A stretch of 26,705 nt of DNA, from NCBI GenBank assembly GCA_037444665.1, contig JBBILZ010000036.1:1-26705 (forward strand), read 5' to 3'. The position numbers and the translations under genes were made by a program. Shown here piece by piece: positions 25,501-26,705 of the stretch (position 1 is the stretch's first letter; the number at the start of each line of letters is the position of its first letter). The notes beneath the pieces are model-generated. The model ran no database searches. It was not told the origin of the DNA and saw nothing but the letters and a program-made list of their open reading frames with translations. The DNA is from a candidate division WOR-3 bacterium (lineage in GTDB: Bacteria; Hydrothermota; Tepidihabitantia; SM23-42; JAOAFX01).

Positions 25501-25873
25501 TAACGCAACTATTGAAGAGATCATTGAAACTCGCAGGCGTGGGGGGACGGATAGCTATACAAAACTTCTAAAAATCCTAAAAGTAACACAAAAAAATAGC
25601 AAACAACTCACTGAACAGCAGGAAGAATACCTTAAAAAACTCATAACCCGGCTTGAACAAGGAGCATTGCCAAAACAAACAGTAAAGAAAGCACTCAATG
25701 CACTAAACAAGCTCGGAAACGAGGTACAGAATCCATTAAAAGTAATAGGTGTCTTACAAAGAGAAATCTCACCTACCTTTCTTAAAAGCCATTATGCAGA
25801 AGTATATGCTATACCAGAAGGAAAAAGGGAAGTTATATTATCACTTTATTTAGCAGAGGACAGCGATGAATAG
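22598..25873 (+). CDS. PLD-nuclease-domain SNF2-type helicase
   Basis: LHAKLYI..GSSN (HKD-like); DVVGLGKT, DEAH, SATP, LSEGVNL, WNPTRLMQRVGRVNR. Confidence 0.9.
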   Translation: MAKEEGYSLPQINSAERKSIPLDLTFIANEPGKTLKDRFEQLIKDCKFFDCLVAYFYVSGFYAIYKSLKNTQRVRILIGIGTTKETLDLIKDAVSQRSNGSLFSHSETKQKIENIVENEMADSEDNQNIEEGIPKFIEWIKEGKLQIRAYPSQNLHAKLYIMTFREGDRDVGRVITGSSNFTQSGLVDNLEFNVELKNVSDYEFAKNKFEELWENAVDVSEEYIQTINERTWLNQNITPYELYLKFLYEYFKDELTRKDEVFTRYLPYGFKRFEYQEQAVLNAKKILEEYGGVFISDVVGLGKTYVATMLAGQLDGRTLVIAPPVLLNKNNPGSWPNVFSDFHIPADFVSTGKLDDAKRLTEQREYRNIIIDEAHRFRTETTISYEDLAEICRGKRVILVSATPYNNSPRDILSQIKLFQNVRKSTIPGLPNLEGFFGGLEGRLKMIDRQKDFNKFLEITRSNAKEIRDKVLKYLMVRRTRSEIEKYFEEDLKKNNVKFPEVEDPKPFYYQLNDDEDRIFMQTVELITQKFKYTRYMPLLYLTKPISQLEEQSQRNMGGFMKVLLIKRLESSFYAFRKSIDRFINSYEMFIKEYKEGNVYISKGYINKIFELIEQGDDEAIQNLIDEGKAEKYNSQDFRPDFAQDLKIDFEILKQIKSMWESIRRDPKLKTLLNELRNNQILKNKKIIIFTESKETAEYLTENINNNIGKIALLFHGNSPELVRDRVIENFDARARNKKDDYRTLVSTEVLSEGVNLHRSNIVINYDIPWNPTRLMQRVGRVNRIDTPFDKIHTFNFFPTKQADSEIELTNIACSKIEAFLTLLGGDSAILTEGEPVSSHELFDKLLSKKTITEDEEEESELKYLRIIEDIRDKNPELFEKIKRLPKKARSAKFYSQSLKDIASANSLITFFRKGKLMKFFRSNKTSTFELDFLTAVKILESTENEERAKLPLKDYYELLDKNKSAFFNATIEEIIETRRRGGTDSYTKLLKILKVTQKNSKQLTEQQEEYLKKLITRLEQGALPKQTVKKALNALNKLGNEVQNPLKVIGVLQREISPTFLKSHYAEVYAIPEGKREVILSLYLAEDSDE

Positions 25874-26705
25874 GGAACAAGCAAGAAAACTTGTAATTGA
25901 AACATTTGAAAATTCTTTTGACATAAATAGTTTTACCCGTTTTCTTAGAAATCTACTAAAATCTTATGAAGGAACGCCATTTGTTTATCAAGGCAATTAC
26001 ATCCCTGATGCCTTTGAAAAATATATAAGTTCGTTAGAAAGAGTTGGTAAGTACACCTATGACGATAAAGAAATTGATTTACTGATTGTCAATCTAAAAA
26101 GAGAGACCTCGCTTGAGCGAGCAAGAACAATGCAAAGAAACTTTGTTGCCTGGTACCTTAAAGGAAGTAGAGGAGGAAAGTTAAAAGACGCAGCCCTTGT
26201 TGCATTTATCTCACCTAATAATGAAGATTGGAGATTTTCCCTTGTTAAGATGGATTACCGCTTTCAAGAAACTCCCTCCGGTAAGATTAAAGTTAAAGAA
26301 GAATTCACGCCAGCAAGAAGATGGTCTTTCCTTGTTGGAAAAAACGAAAAGAGCCATACTGCTCAAAGCAGTTTTTTTAAAATACTTAAGGATGATGACT
26401 TTAGACCTACCCTTGAAGATTTAGAACAAGCATTTAATGTTGAAATCGTCACAAAAGAATTCTTCCAAAAATACAGAGACCTTTTTATAAGAACGAAATT
26501 AGAACTGGATAAAATTGTTCGCAAAGATACAAAGGTGAAAAAAGAATTTGAATCCAAGAACATAAACACCGTTGACTTTGCAAAAAAACTTTTAGGTCAG
26601 ATTGTATTTCTGTATTTCTTGCAAAAGAAAGGATGGTTTGGAATTGAAAAGGGAAAACCATGGGGAACAGGTCCAAAAGATTTTATAAGAAGATTGTTTA
26701 ATAGA
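25866..26705 (+). CDS. Probable Type IIG (Eco57I/TaqI-like) restriction-modification protein, 5' part only
   Basis: ATG at 25866 overlaps the helicase end and is open to the window edge: MNREQARKLV...WRFSLVK...AFNVEIVTKEFFQKY...KLLGQIVFLYFLQKKGW. Methyltransferase motifs are not within the window. Confidence 0.7.
   Translation, partial: MNREQARKLVIETFENSFDINSFTRFLRNLLKSYEGTPFVYQGNYIPDAFEKYISSLERVGKYTYDDKEIDLLIVNLKRETSLERARTMQRNFVAWYLKGSRGGKLKDAALVAFISPNNEDWRFSLVKMDYRFQETPSGKIKVKEEFTPARRWSFLVGKNEKSHTAQSSFFKILKDDDFRPTLEDLEQAFNVEIVTKEFFQKYRDLFIRTKLELDKIVRKDTKVKKEFESKNINTVDFAKKLLGQIVFLYFLQKKGWFGIEKGKPWGTGPKDFIRRLFNR

Noticed and set aside
23456..26676. Short ORFs overlapping the helicase and RM-like genes
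   Set aside because: Antisense or out-of-frame overlaps of long, well-supported frames
1..26705. tRNA, rRNA or known riboswitch
   Set aside because: None recognised by eye; an Rfam or tRNAscan search was not possible

Overview
AT-rich window from an apparently anaerobic, diderm bacterium. Left to right: (1) a minus-strand run of an SLBB polysaccharide-export-like gene followed by four uncharacterised membrane-protein genes (one probably DUF6754); (2) a divergent Fe-S protein plus fumarate-reductase-type flavoprotein pair with no membrane anchor; (3) a ~12.3 kb minus-strand operon (19553 to 7285) with HydC/NuoE-like, DRTGG, RsbT-like kinase, [FeFe]-hydrogenase-like, DRTGG, PHP, HATPase, HydD-like ferredoxin, HydB/NuoF-like, a short Fe-S subunit lacking an H-cluster domain, a stand-alone glutamate-synthase FMN domain and glutamate dehydrogenase; (4) pbpC; (5) a PLD-SNF2 helicase and the start of a Type IIG-like restriction-modification gene. 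The window is heavily colonised by small repeat elements. A RAYT transposase is flanked by GTAG REP arrays, and one such array is translated in frame inside PBP1C. A four-helix-bundle gene is enclosed by inverted heptamer-repeat arms, with two derivatives lacking that gene's core in the same operon. Several other short repeat families also occur. The inserts within the operon carry open frames that bridge the neighbouring stop and start codons. All six sigma70-like promoter candidates I found have a 16-bp spacer. Family assignments come from motif recognition only; no searches were run.
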